A stretch of DNA of 64,000 nt from Calditrichia bacterium (GTDB lineage: Bacteria > Calditrichota > Calditrichia > JAJRVZ01): positions 160,001 through 224,000 of the forward strand of contig CAWCNS010000004.1 in NCBI GenBank assembly GCA_963796965.1. The letters run 5' to 3'. Positions 1-11,954 of this stretch are shown piece by piece; position 1 is the stretch's first letter, and each line of letters opens with the position of its first letter. The translations under genes were made by a program, and so were the position numbers. The notes beneath the pieces were generated by a model that did not search any database, had not been told where the DNA came from, and saw only the letters and a list, made by a program, of their open reading frames with translations.

Positions 1-2040
1 GATCTTTATATCAGGATAAATCAGGCATAATGTGGATAGGATCAGCGCGAGGATTAATAAGATTTGATCCTATACAAGAAACATTTAAGCATATATATAT
101 CAATCCGGAAAATCCGCTTGATCCCTCAAACTTTGTTAACTACAAAATCTTTGAATTGGAAACGATGCCCGGTTATATCTGGTTTGGAACCAATGGGGGT
201 GGGGTCTGTCGTTACAATAAAAAAACAGGTGAATTGAAGAATTACCTGCATGATACGGTCAATATGGTAGAAGTGCAACTCAACTTTGTACGGACATTAC
301 ATCATTATAAAAAAGATCCTAATATTTTATGGGTAGGTGCCTTTGGAGGTTTTAGCAGATTTGATCTGCAGAATGAAACTTTTAAATCTTATGTTAATAA
401 TCCAAATGACCCGCGAAGTTTGAGCTCGAATAATATCATGAGTTTTACAGAGGATAAAAAAGGCAATTTGTGGATCACTACCTATGGAGGTGGGATAAAT
501 TATTTTAATCCGCAAACAGAGGAATTTCAGATCCTTACTGTTGAAAACAGTGGACTGCCAAATAATTCCGTATATGGATTTCTCACAGATAATAATGGCT
601 ATTACTGGCTTAGCTCAAATCGGGGGTTATCTAAATTTGATCCTACCAATCTTACCTTTAAAAATTATACTGTTGAGGATGGCTTGCAGAGTGATGAATT
701 TAACGGCGGTGCTCTTTATAAGAGTAAAACAGGAGAAATGTTTTTTGGGGGAATTGGAGGTTTTAATTCCTTTTATCCAGAAAGTATCACAGATAATCCC
801 CATAAACCTCAAATTGAATTGACGGATATTAAACTTTTTAATCAATCCATTGATGTCCGCGCAGAGGGCCCTTTGCAGATGCATATATCAGAAGCTAATA
901 AGATTACCCTTGAGCATTGGCAGAATGATATCGAGATAGAATATGTAGGACTTCATTATTACCGATCCACAAATAATAACTATGCTTATAAACTTGATAG
1001 ACTATGATACCGACTGGCGCCATGTGGGAACCAGCCGTTCGGCTGTTTATACTAATCTTGATCCCGGCGCGTACACCTTTCGGGTAAAGGCAGCTAATAG
1101 TGATGGTGTCTGGAATGAAGATGGACCTGTATTGGCAATAACGATATTGCCACCCTGGTATGCCACCTCATGGGCTTATGTTGGTTATGGTATGCTTTTT
1201 ATCATAATGGTTTTTGCAATTGACCGCTTCCAGCGTTTTCGCCTGACCCAGCGTGAGCGCAACCACTCCATGATCAGGGAAGCAGAATTGAGGGCAAAGG
1301 CAGCAGAAGATGAAAATGAACGGAAATCCCACGAACTTGAGGAGGCAAGACGTCTTCAATTATCTTTGCTGCCGGAAAAACTTCCAGAGTTACCCAATTT
1401 GGAAATTGCAGTCTATATGAAAACAGCCACGGAGGTTGGTGGCGATTATTATGATTATAATATATCTGCAGATGGTACTTTAAATATTGCCATAGGTGAT
1501 GCAACCGGCCATGGCATGCGTGCCGGAACAGTTGTCACCCTCATGAAAGGCCTTTTCAGTGCGGATTCGGGGCGGATGAAGATTGAAGATTTCTTTAAAC
1601 AGAGTAGTGAAACGATTAAAGATCTCCGTTTTGGACGGATGATGATGTCGTTTACCCTTCTCAAGATTAAAGAAAACCAAATGTTATTTTCATCGGCAGG
1701 AATGCCACCGGCCTATATCTATCGGTCATCTACATTAAAAGTGGAAGAACTCGCTCACGGTGGCATGCCATTAGGCGGCGTGCAGGAATTTAAATATGAG
1801 GTAAAAAAAGATGCTCTTAATAATGGTGATACATTATTGCTTATGTCTGATGGATTACCAGAATTAAAAAATCCTGATGGAGATATGTTTGATTATCCCC
1901 GGGTAGAAGGTGTTTTTCGCGATGTGGCCGGTGAGACACCGCAGGCAATTGTTGACCGACTTGTTGATGCCGGGGAAATTTGGCGTAAAGATCAGCCTGC
2001 TGATGATGATGTAACCCTGATGGTTATCCGGGCACGTTAA
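1..2040 (+). CDS. Periplasmic beta-propeller (two-component regulator propeller) + Y_Y_Y + TM + PP2C/SpoIIE protein phosphatase; 5'-truncated by window edge, frameshift near 1000
   Basis: Frame 3 is open from the window start. Repeated W[IFV]G[TS]xxG propeller blades, Y_Y_Y motif (YTNLDPGAYTFRVKAANSDGVW), TM helix, coiled coil, and PP2C motifs GGDYYD, DATGHG, SDG, DDVT. ORFs 30..1007 and 982..2040 join through one extra base. Confidence 0.88.
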
Positions 2041-2055
2041 ATGGAATTTTCTTAA

Positions 2056-2197
2056 ACCACAGAGCGCACAGAGAAATCTCAGAGATCACGGGATGTCAAC
2101 AGAACTTATAAAACATATAGTTGAACTGAAACAACAAAGGAATTCATCTTTCCTCTAACCTCTGAGACCTCTGTGGTTTCTTTGTGTACTTTGTGGT
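2056..2197. repeat. Inverted-repeat element with 9-bp-periodic arms (CACAGAG family)
   Basis: Left arm accacagagcgcacagagaaatctcagagatcac; right arm ctctgagacctctgtggtttctttgtgtactttgtggt is its imperfect reverse complement. Confidence 0.8.
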
Positions 2198-2228
2198 AGA
2201 AAATATAGACTGAAGAAGGAAATGGTTA

Positions 2229-4358
2229 ATGGTTGGTGAGACTGTATTACATTATAAAATATTAAAAAAACTTGGAGAAGGCGGCATGGGCGTCGTCTAT
2301 CTGGCCGAGGATATGAAACTCAAACGGCAGGTAGCCATCAAATTTTTACCCAGCAATGTGGCGGCAAATAGCGAAGAGCGAAAGAGGTTTGAAGTAGAAG
2401 CCCAGGCAGCGGCATCCTTAAATCATCCCAATATTGCCACGATTTATTCGATTGAAGAAGATGGGGATGAACTTTTTATTGTGATGGAATATGTGGATGG
2501 TCGTGAATTACGTCAAATCGCGGGGGCGAGTTCGGAACTCGCCCCTACAATTGATCAAATTATTGATTATGCCACCCAAATCGCCCGTGGATTGCTGGCA
2601 GCCCATAAAAAAGGAATTGTCCACCGTGATATCAAATCATCTAATATTATGGTGACCGATGAGGGTAAAATAAAAATCATGGATTTCGGTCTGGCCAAGC
2701 TAAGTGGAAAAGCCGATCTGACAAAGGCGGGATCCACATTGGGTACAACCGCTTATATGTCACCGGAACAGATACGCGGAGAGATAGTGGACCATAAGTC
2801 TGACCTATGGTCTCTGGGAATCGTTCTGTTTGAGTTATTGACAGGGATCCGACCTTTTAAGGGTGATTATGACGCGGCTATTATTTATGAGATTTTGAAT
2901 GAAGATCCTCTGGATTTGGTCGGTTTACGATCCGATATCCCCTCTCAGATATTAAAATTAATAGAGGATTTATTAAAAAAAGATCCATTTCAACGAATTG
3001 GAGAGGCCGGTGATATCATTACCAGGTTGAGTCAGAAACCAACCGAGACTAAAATATCATCACGGGATAATTCTATTGCCGTACTCTATTTTGAAAATAT
3101 GAGTCCTGATAAAGATAACGATTATTTCTGTGCCGGAATGACAGAAGATATAACCATAGATCTGTCTAAAGTCCATGATCTCCGGGTTGTGCCCCGTTCG
3201 GATGTCTTGCCCTTTAGCAATGAAAAAGTAAACACGCGTAAGGCTGGTGAGTTATTGAACGTCTCCCATATATTGGAAGGGAGTGTCCGTAAAGCGGGAA
3301 AACAAATCCGCATAACCGCCCAACTTACGAATGTGGAAACAGGATTCCAGGTATGGGCCGAGCGTTATGACCGCTTGATGGAAGACATTTTCGAGTTACA
3401 GATGGAAGTTGCTGAAAAGATTACACAGGCCATGAAAATCTCATTAACCGAATCTGAGAAAAAATCTTTGGCTCAGAAACCAACCGAAGACTTGCGGGCT
3501 TACGACTTTTATTTGCGGGGTAGAGAATTTCTTCTTGCGCGTGGAAGTAAGAACAATGATAATGCCATAAAAATGTTTGAGCATGCCCTGAGTATCGATC
3601 CGAATTATGCATTAGCATATGTGGGTTTATCCGAAGCCTATGGGGATAAATTCTGGGCGTACGACGGTGATAAAAAATGGCTTGATAAAATGAGGGAAAT
3701 GAATAAAAAGGCACTTGAGTTAGATCCAAACCTTATCGAAGCAGAGTTTGGTAAGGGATTGATCGCCCATTTCCAGAAAAACTTTGATCAATCGATATCC
3801 ATATTTGACAAAATTGCAGAGCGCAATCAGGATTTCTATCCGGCTTACCACTGGTCAGGTGTTGGTTCAGAAATATCAAAAGATTATGAAGTTGCCATAA
3901 AAAAGTTTAAAAAAGCGGCTGAGATAAAGCCTTATAATGAGGAACCCTGGCTGCATATTGGTCAGTGTTTCTATCGTATGGGAAATACTGTAGAGGGTGA
4001 TAGTGCAGAAAATCAATTGCTTGAAATAGTCCGGAAAAAACTTGAGATCAATGCAGATGATACTATTGCTCTTAGCCGGATGGCGGCTACTTATGCCTAC
4101 CAGGGTCAAAAAGAAAAAGCCCTGGAGATTGCCGGCAAATTGAAACAAACCGCCGCGACAGATGGATTGGCCATGTATAACTGTGCCTGTACCTATTCGC
4201 TTCTTGACCATAAAAAAGAAGCATTGGATTTGCTTGATACCGCTTTAGAAAAAGGGTATAAAAATATCATGGTCTGGGTTGATCAGGACCGGGATTTTGA
4301 TGCAATCCGTAAAGATGAAGATTTTAAACAATTGATAGAAAAATATTCAGAAAACTAA
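2229..4358 (+). CDS. Hanks-type Ser/Thr protein kinase with TolB-N-like and TPR domains
   Basis: GEGGMG, VAIK, HRDIKSSN, DFG, YMSPEQ, DLWSLG motifs; SIAVLYFEN TolB-like domain; TPR helices ending in YNCAC. Confidence 0.93.
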   Translation: MVGETVLHYKILKKLGEGGMGVVYLAEDMKLKRQVAIKFLPSNVAANSEERKRFEVEAQAAASLNHPNIATIYSIEEDGDELFIVMEYVDGRELRQIAGASSELAPTIDQIIDYATQIARGLLAAHKKGIVHRDIKSSNIMVTDEGKIKIMDFGLAKLSGKADLTKAGSTLGTTAYMSPEQIRGEIVDHKSDLWSLGIVLFELLTGIRPFKGDYDAAIIYEILNEDPLDLVGLRSDIPSQILKLIEDLLKKDPFQRIGEAGDIITRLSQKPTETKISSRDNSIAVLYFENMSPDKDNDYFCAGMTEDITIDLSKVHDLRVVPRSDVLPFSNEKVNTRKAGELLNVSHILEGSVRKAGKQIRITAQLTNVETGFQVWAERYDRLMEDIFELQMEVAEKITQAMKISLTESEKKSLAQKPTEDLRAYDFYLRGREFLLARGSKNNDNAIKMFEHALSIDPNYALAYVGLSEAYGDKFWAYDGDKKWLDKMREMNKKALELDPNLIEAEFGKGLIAHFQKNFDQSISIFDKIAERNQDFYPAYHWSGVGSEISKDYEVAIKKFKKAAEIKPYNEEPWLHIGQCFYRMGNTVEGDSAENQLLEIVRKKLEINADDTIALSRMAATYAYQGQKEKALEIAGKLKQTAATDGLAMYNCACTYSLLDHKKEALDLLDTALEKGYKNIMVWVDQDRDFDAIRKDEDFKQLIEKYSEN
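2520..2548 (-). repeat. GTAG-type REP-like palindrome inside the kinase coding sequence
   Basis: Minus strand reads GTAGGGGCGAGTTCCGAACTCGCCCCCGC; arms 2523-2533 and 2535-2545 are exactly complementary. It shares the GTAGGGGC head with the intergenic REP at 45751. Confidence 0.72.
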
Positions 4359-4368
4359 AAAAATTGGA

Positions 4369-4517
4369 TCCACGAATTACACAAATTTAAAATTTTTTTT
4401 AAAAAGGATTGATTTCATAAAAGTTTTTGGATGTTTGAAGTAAAAAAAGAATTTGAATTCTGAAATTATAATAAGCAGAACACTCATTAATTAGTGGAAA
4501 TTCGTGTAATTCGTGGA
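4369..4517. repeat. Inverted-repeat element, CCACGAATT family
   Basis: tccacgaattacacaaattt ... aattagtggaaattcgtgtaattcgtgga; the right arm is identical to the one at 34371-34399. Confidence 0.85.
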
Positions 4518-4528
4518 CAGAGAATAAG

Positions 4529-6942
4529 ATGATCGGTAAAACAATTTTACATTATAAGATTCTTGAAAAGCTTGGCGAAGGCGGCATGGGCATTGTCTAC
4601 CTGGCCGAGGATACCAAGCTTAAACGCCAGGTTGCAATAAAATTTCTACCCGCTCAATTGGCGTCGAATAGCCAGGAACGAAAAAGATTTGAGATAGAAG
4701 CCCAGGCCGCAGCCGCGCTTAATCACCCTAATATTGCTACAATCTATGCAATTGAAGAATTTGATGGCGATAATTTTATTGTAATGGAATATATTGACGG
4801 AATCGAGTTAAAAGACAAAATTACCTCTGAAAAAGTACTATTACGAGACGTTCTAAATATTTCGATGCAAATTGCAGAAGGATTGCAGGCGGCCCATGAG
4901 AGGAATGTAATTCATCGGGATATAAAAAGTACCAATATCATGCTTACAACTAAAGGCAAGGTTAAAATTATGGATTTTGGATTAGCCAAAGTTGGGCAAG
5001 GCATTCATTTGACCAAAGAGAAATCTACACTGGGAACTGCTCCCTATATGTCACCGGAGCAAATACGCGGCGATGAAATCGACCATAAATCAGATATCTG
5101 GTCATTTGGTGTAATAATGTATGAAATGCTTACAGGTCTCCTTCCTTTTAAAGGCGAATATGAGCAGGCTGTAGCGTATTCAATTGTAAATGAGAATCCA
5201 AAACCTGTAAATGATAATCGGGATGATATTCCGGTAAAACTTGTACAGTTGGTAAATCGGGCATTGGTAAAGGATCCTGATGGACGTTACCGGAACATGG
5301 AAGAGATGATTTCCGAATTAGAGAAACTGAAAAGAGAGCAATCAAGGGAGCAATCGACTGATACTAAAACTGTTAAAAATAAATCTCGAAATTTAATTAC
5401 TTTACCAATCGTAATATTATCATTATTTGTACTGTTTTTTATTTGGTACTGGTTTTTATTTCGGGAAACAACAGGGGATAACAATCCCGAAGTAATGACT
5501 TGGGATAATTCTTTAGCAGTATTACCTTTTACAAACGCCAGTGGTCAGACTGATCAGGATTATTTTTGTGACGGCATGACTAAACAAGTGCTCAGTAGTC
5601 TCTCAAAATTGCATAAAATGAAAGTGATTTCGCATAAAACAGTAAGAAAATATCAGGATTCTGAAAAAACCATACCGGAAATCGGCCAGGAACTGGAGGT
5701 AGAAAATATTCTGCTGGGCAGTGTCTCCAAATTTAGCGACCGGATTCGCATCCAGGTGCAGCTGATAAATGTGCGTGATGACGCTCATATCTGGGCTGAA
5801 AATTATGATTATGTATATGATATTGAAAAACTGTTTGCCGTATATGACGATATCTCAGAAAAAATTACAGAGTCGCTCCTGCAAAATATTACCGCCGGAA
5901 CAAATCTGAAAGCTGATGGGCTTAAGCCTGTTAATACCTATTCCTATGAATTGTATTTGAAAGGTCAATTGTATCATTCAGATAAATTTATGAACAGACT
6001 ACGACAAAAATGATTTTAAAATTGCGGAAGAATTTTTGAAACAGGCAATAAAGGAGGATCCGGGATATGTCATGCCTTATGCAGAATTGGCGGATTTATA
6101 CAATTCAGCATATAACAATTTGCGCCTTCCTGATGATGAAAAAAGTGAACTGATGCGCCTGCAGGAGGAATATCTGGCGAAGGCAATTGAAATTAATGAG
6201 AATGTGGCGATTGTACAAAAAGTAATAGCACTTGTTCATTTGGCCAAAAAGGAATATGATCTGGCTTTTATTCATTTTACCAAAGCAATAAGCATTGATC
6301 CAAATGATCCCATATTACTTGATGATTTTGGCTGGTTCTTCGAATATTTGGGTCTGAATAAGATAGCAAATGCCTATTATACAAAAGCAATTCAATTGGC
6401 TCCGTTGGAATCATCATATTGGAGCTGGCGGGCCTCGAACTATCTATACAATTTGGAAGAACAGGAAAAAGCAGAAGTGGACATAAAAAGAGCACTGAAA
6501 ATTGACCCAAATCAAATCCGGGCATTGCAGTGTTATTTTTGGTTTTATATTCGCAAACGGGAAATTCAGAAAGACTGAATCAATATATGATCGATATAAA
6601 ACAGCGTATCCGAATTCAACAAATCTTAAGAGATTTGAAGCATTTTTATCGTCTTCTTCTGGTCAGAAGAATGGGGATGATAAATTCAAGCTGGGCAAAC
6701 ATGATACAATGGTATTGTACTGTTTTTTGAATAAAAATGAAGAGGCGTTGAGTATGTTAATTGATTATTATGATGAAAAATATCTGTTAAGCGGGCGAAC
6801 AGAATATCTTTACCTCAAAACAAATTCATTTTTTAAAAATATTCGTCATGAACCAGCGTATCAGAAATTAATGGCAAAGCATAAAGTCGTCTATGACAAA
6901 TATTTACTTAAATATGGTGATAGGGCTATTTTAAGTGATTAG
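4529..6942 (+). CDS. Second Ser/Thr protein kinase with TM, TolB-N-like and TPR domains; frameshifts near 6000 and 6560
   Basis: Intact kinase motifs (HRDIKSTN, DFG, YMSPEQ), TM segment LITLPIVILSLFVLFFIWYWFLF, SLAVLPF domain. TPRs continue in ORFs 6036..6578 and 6502..6942. Paralogous to 2229..4358. Confidence 0.85.
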
Positions 6943-7062
6943 AATTAATATTCAAATGGAAAAATCTTAAAATTAAATGAGAAACTATATTGCCGAATGC
7001 AATTTTTAGCGGGATGACCACGAGAGAGCGTTTTAAAATATTGAAAAATTGCTGGTTCCTGG

Positions 7063-7478
7063 TCACCAAATATTTCTCCGGATGGTAAGTGGCTTGCCTA
7101 TACATCCGACGAATCAGGTAGCCTGGAAGTCGAGTACGTCCTTTTCCCCTCGGTCGTCGAAAATGGCTCATCTCTACAGAGGGCGGGCGGGAGCCACGAT
7201 GGAGCCGCAGATGGTCGCGAGTTTTTTTTCGCAGTAATGGTAAAATGATGACATCTGCTATTAATTACGGATCATCTTTCACAGCAGCTCGACCTGAGGA
7301 ACTCTTTGAGTATAATAATGAAGGACAAGAGATGGATCCGCGTGGATCCCCTAACTATGATGTTGGCCCTAATGAAAGATTTTTGATGATCAAGCCTAAA
7401 TCCAGTTCGCCTTCTAGGCAGATTAATTTTACACTTAATTGGAGTAGGGATCTGGATACCCGTAATTTTGAAAAATGA
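7063..7478 (+). pseudogene. Remnant of a PD40/TolB-like beta-propeller C-terminus, as found in some bacterial Ser/Thr kinases
   Basis: Switching frames gives SPNISPDGKWLAYTSDESG..EV / VRPFP..RKWLISTEGGREPRW / DGREFFF / RSNGKMM..PEELFE..NYDVGPNERFLMIK..INFTLNW. There are several frame breaks within 170 bp and no N-terminal part. Confidence 0.7.
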
Positions 7479-7652
7479 TAGATTTTTCAGTCTATTTAGA
7501 ACAAATTACAGATTCGCTAAATATTACCTAAGGATCTATTTTGCATTGAAAATCTTCCTCTTATAGAAACATTCCTGGATAGTGCCCGTATATTGTTGTT
7601 ATTAGGTGGGTTATATACAATATTTACATCCTGCGAGGCAAAAAACTATCAT

Positions 7653-10360
7653 ATGAATGCGTTCAAAAAGTATCTGATCTTCGGATTAGTCCTCTTTTTT
7701 TCTCTCGATCTCTCTGCAATTCACTGGACTGATCAACAGGAAAAATACATCCAACGTATCTGGACCAATGAGTCCGGCTTGCCCCAAAATACGATTCAGG
7801 CTTTGATTCAAACCCATGATGGCTATTTATGGATCGGCACACCCTCCGGACTTGCACGTTTTGATGGTGTCAGATTTACAATTTTCACAAAACAGAATAC
7901 ACCTGTCTTAAAAAACGATGATATTCTCGCACTCTATGAGGACAGCAATAAAATCCTCTGGATTGGGACAGATGGTGGCGGATTATATTCCTATCAAAAT
8001 GGACTCTGGCAAAAGTACTCCCGAAAAAATGGCATTTCTAATGATCACATCCGGTCAATTACGGCTGATTGGTATGGAAATCTATGGATTGGAACTGACT
8101 ACGGATTAAATTGCCTGAATAATGAGGGGGTAAAGGTATATACCATTGATGATGGCTTGTTAGATAATATCATTACAGCTTTAAATATTGATAACAGCGG
8201 AAGAGTCTTAGTGGGTACCTTGCGAGGAGGATTGGCAAGATTTGATCAGGAGTCAATCCAAATATTTGACTATAAAGATGGTCTTGGCAGCCCATCCATT
8301 TATTCAATCCATCTTGATTCCAGGGGAAATATTCGTATCGGAACATTTAATGGTATTTATCTATTAGATCAGGAACAGCAATTCTTTGATGAAATTCCAG
8401 AAACTTACGGCATCCCGTTTACATCAATTCTGGAAACAAATCCAGTGTCCATCTGGGCCGGTACAATGGTGGCTGGGATTAATTCAATTTGAGAAATCAG
8501 ATCGCAAATTCTAATGGGAAAACAATATCGCTTCCCGATAATTATATTCGTTGTATGCTAAAAGACAGGGATGGGCATATCTGGATCGGTACCGATACTG
8601 AGGGATTGATCCAAATAAAATTAAGAGAAGTGCAGGCAATAACCAGAGATGATGGATTGCCTGAAAATGGTGTTTCAACTCTTTTAGAAGACCACTCAGG
8701 AAACTTATGGATAGGGCTACGGAACAGAGGGTTGTGCAAGATCTCAACCGAGGATGTTTTAACGCAGATACCTGATGTGTCCGGATTGGGTATCAAAGCA
8801 CTTTATGAAGATTTAGATGGTACTATTTGGTGTGGTACTCAAAATAATGGCCTGTACAAAATTAAAAATAACCTCTCTTATCATATAACCAGAATAAATG
8901 GTCTTTCTTCAAATTCTGTTACCTCAATCCTCAGAGATCATACTAATATTCTATGGATAGGGACTGAATTGGGATTATATTCCTATCGCCAGAGCAATGT
9001 ACTTCAAGAAAAAGGTGCCCTGATCGATAAAAAAATTAATGTACTTTTTGAGGGAAATGAGAGTATTCTCTATGCCGGAACTGATGAAGGTTTGTATCAA
9101 AAATTGGATACCGGATGGGAGAGGCCTGACTCCAGCCTCTCCTCAGAAGTCTTATCTCTATATGAAGACCAAGAGGGTGTTCTATGGATTGGTACCAATG
9201 GCAATGGTCTGAAAATCCGGAAGGATAATCATATATCAACCATTACTAAATCCCAGGGTCTTAACGATGATCATATCTTAAGCATTTCAACTGATGAGGA
9301 TGATAATCTATGGATGAGTTCATACAATGGTGTTTTTGCAGTTAATCGTAATCACCTTCTCAATATTATCAAGGGTGAAGAACAGTTCATCTATTCTATG
9401 ATGTATGATGAAACTGATGGTATGACGAGTAGACAATGTAGTGGCAATGTCCAACCAGCGGTATGGAAAACCAATGAGGGGAAATTGCTCTATCCTACGG
9501 TTAAGGGGGTGTCTGTATTTAATCCTAAGTATAGGTCAGGTGACGCGCTTGTACCCGAAATTCTTTTAGAAGAACTGATCATTGATGAGACAGTCGTAAA
9601 AGTTGATCAATCAGAATTGTTACGTTTTAGCGGAGATCATTATGAATTCCACTTTACAGCTATTGACTATTCTGCGCCGGAAAAACTCCGTTTTGAATAT
9701 ATGTTAAAAGGATACGATAAAAACTATAACCAGCTGGCACCAGATAGAGCGAGATCTGTCGGCTATCAGAATCTTGGGGCAGGGACTTACCAATTATTGG
9801 TAAAGGTAGCCAATCGGGAGGGGATTCAAACCCAAAGCGCCTCATTAATAAATTTTGAGATATTTACCCCTTTTTATGCCCATCCAATTTTTATAATGCT
9901 ACTAATAATGATCGTACTAACGATCAGCAGCAGTCTGGTATATCTCAGACATCAAAGAAAGGTGAACAATCAAATTGAAAAGTATAAAACGTCCCGGTTA
10001 GATAAAGAGATGGCTGATAAAACAAAGGAAAAGATTAAAACCATGATGGCATCAGAAAAATTATACCTGGATCCTGATCTAAGTCTAAAAGACTTATCAT
10101 CCCGTTTAAAAATACATTCAAATTATATTTCCCGGATTATAAATGAACAATTTAAAATGAGCTATAATGATTATATAAATATGCATCGGATTGAAGACGT
10201 TAAAACAAAATTATCAGATCCGGAAATCAATACCAAAACAGTTTTAGAAATTATGTACGAAACAGGATTCTATTCTAAATCTGTCTTTAATACCGCTTTT
10301 AAAAAATTTACAGGCATCACACCCTCCGAATACCGCAAAACCCATGCTACCAACAGGTGA
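7653..10360 (+). CDS. Membrane-anchored one-component regulator: beta-propeller sensor + Y_Y_Y + TM + AraC HTH; frameshift near 8490
   Basis: Signal peptide from ATG 7653; GLPQNTI..LWIGT blades; Y_Y_Y; TM; AraC C-terminus (LDPDLSL..GFYSKSVFNTAFKKFTGITPSEYR). Confidence 0.88.
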
Positions 10361-10419
10361 TTTTAAGCGAATATGCGAAAGTAAATATCTTATTCTTGTC
10401 TACTCTATACCAACCTAAA

Positions 10420-10676
10420 GCATAGCGCATGGTGCAAGGCGATAGGTAAAATGCAGTAATTGAATGCTTTGTGCTCTGCATGAAGACGAATATATCACGA
10501 AGCACACGAAGATTCCACGATGTTAACGAAGAAATATTTAGTAATTAAATTGCAGCTGGTTGTAAATCTAGTTTCAAAAATGTACATTTAAAATAAGCGA
10601 GATATAAAACCCTAAGTAATTTTCTCTGCGAACTTTGCGTATTCGTCTTTGCGGTTATTAAATCGCTTGCGAGAAA
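10420..10676. repeat. Cluster of degenerate periodic inverted-repeat arms
   Basis: gcatagcgcatggtgc / atgctttgtgctctgc; cacgaagcacacgaagattccacga; ctctgcgaactttgcgtattcgtctttgcgg. Confidence 0.55.
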
Positions 10677-10686
10677 TAGTTTCAGA

Positions 10687-10708
10687 GTTCTAAATTACAA
10701 TTTAGGAC
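10687..10708. promoter_or_regulatory. Candidate operator palindrome upstream of the DUF4097 genes
   Basis: gttctaaatt-ac-aatttaggac (9 of 10 positions paired), followed by TATAAT at 10721, between the AraC gene and the first DUF4097 gene. Confidence 0.4.
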
Positions 10709-10795
10709 GACTGGATTTAATATAATATGTAAATATGTTTTGTAGCATGAAATGGGACATCAATCATTAACAATATTTTAGGAGGTATACGTCAG

Positions 10796-11752
10796 ATGAA
10801 GAAATCATTGCCAATCATTTTTAGTATCCTGTTTATATTTTCAGTGATAATACTTTTTGCCCAGGATCAAAAAGAAATCCACAAAACTTTTGAAGCCAAG
10901 GAACGGGTTCGCATTGAAACAGCCAGTGGTGACTGTAATATCAAATCAGGAAATGAAGGAGAAATTAAGGTTGATGTTATTTATTCGGTTAATCCTGAAG
11001 ATGCATTTGAGGCTGATATTCAGGAAAAATCTAACGAGATCAAAATTAAAGAAAGATGGCGGGGACGTTCTTCAGGCCGGGTGACCTGGACTATTACTGT
11101 TCCCAAAGGAACGGAGGTCAGGGTTTCAACTGCTTCAGGCGATCTCTCGGTGGATGGAATAGAAAATGAAATAGAAGCGAGCACAGCTTCCGGAGATGTC
11201 ACCATTCTTGATTCTCAGGGAAAACTTGATATTAGCACCGCAAGTGGCGATGTGGAAGTGCTTGATTCAGGTGGTGAGCTGGATCTTTCTACAGCCAGTG
11301 GTGATGTTAAAGCATCGGGCGTAAACGGTGAAATTGAATTAAGTACCGCTTCCGGAGATATCAGGGTAAAAAAGAGTAAAGGTATGTTTGATCTGAGTTG
11401 TGCTTCAGGAGATATTGAGATCTCGGGGATTGTACTTAATGAAGAAAGTTCTTTTTCAACGGCTTCCGGTGATATTGAAGTAAAATTGGCCGAGAGTTCA
11501 GAGTATGATATCGAATGTTCTGCCGCATCCGGTGATATCGAACTTGATTATGATGGGAATGAGGTAAAAGGATATTTTGAATTTTCTACTAAAAAACATA
11601 GTGGGAGTATCAGATCACCCTACGACTTTGATACAGAAGAAGAATATGAGCAAGGGAGTAGAACCTACGTGAGGAAAACTTTTTCAAAAGGTGGCAAGAC
11701 TCCCAGAATACTGCTTTCATCCTCTTCTGGAAATGTGGAATTAAAAAAGTAG
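10796..11752 (+). CDS. Secreted DUF4097-family beta-strand repeat protein
   Basis: GGAGG RBS, signal peptide, about 9 ST/CASGD repeats at roughly 19-aa spacing. Confidence 0.85.
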   Translation: MKKSLPIIFSILFIFSVIILFAQDQKEIHKTFEAKERVRIETASGDCNIKSGNEGEIKVDVIYSVNPEDAFEADIQEKSNEIKIKERWRGRSSGRVTWTITVPKGTEVRVSTASGDLSVDGIENEIEASTASGDVTILDSQGKLDISTASGDVEVLDSGGELDLSTASGDVKASGVNGEIELSTASGDIRVKKSKGMFDLSCASGDIEISGIVLNEESSFSTASGDIEVKLAESSEYDIECSAASGDIELDYDGNEVKGYFEFSTKKHSGSIRSPYDFDTEEEYEQGSRTYVRKTFSKGGKTPRILLSSSSGNVELKK

Positions 11753-11793
11753 TCTAATCCAATTATTTATTCTGAAAATGATAGAATTATGTA

Positions 11794-11862
11794 AACGCAG
11801 AGGACGCAGAGAACGCAAAGATAATTAAATTTTTCCTTGCGAAACTCTGCGATCTCAGCGTT
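11794..11862. repeat. Inverted-repeat element, CGCAGAG/CGCAAAG family
   Basis: aacgcagaggacgcagagaacgcaaag ... cttgcgaaactctgcgatctcagcgtt. Confidence 0.8.
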
Positions 11863-11954
11863 AGAAAATTATCAATATTTAAAAATATACAATGTATTTA
11901 TTAATTGCTAAATCAATTTTGTTTGATACAACCTAATAGAGAATAAGGTGATCT

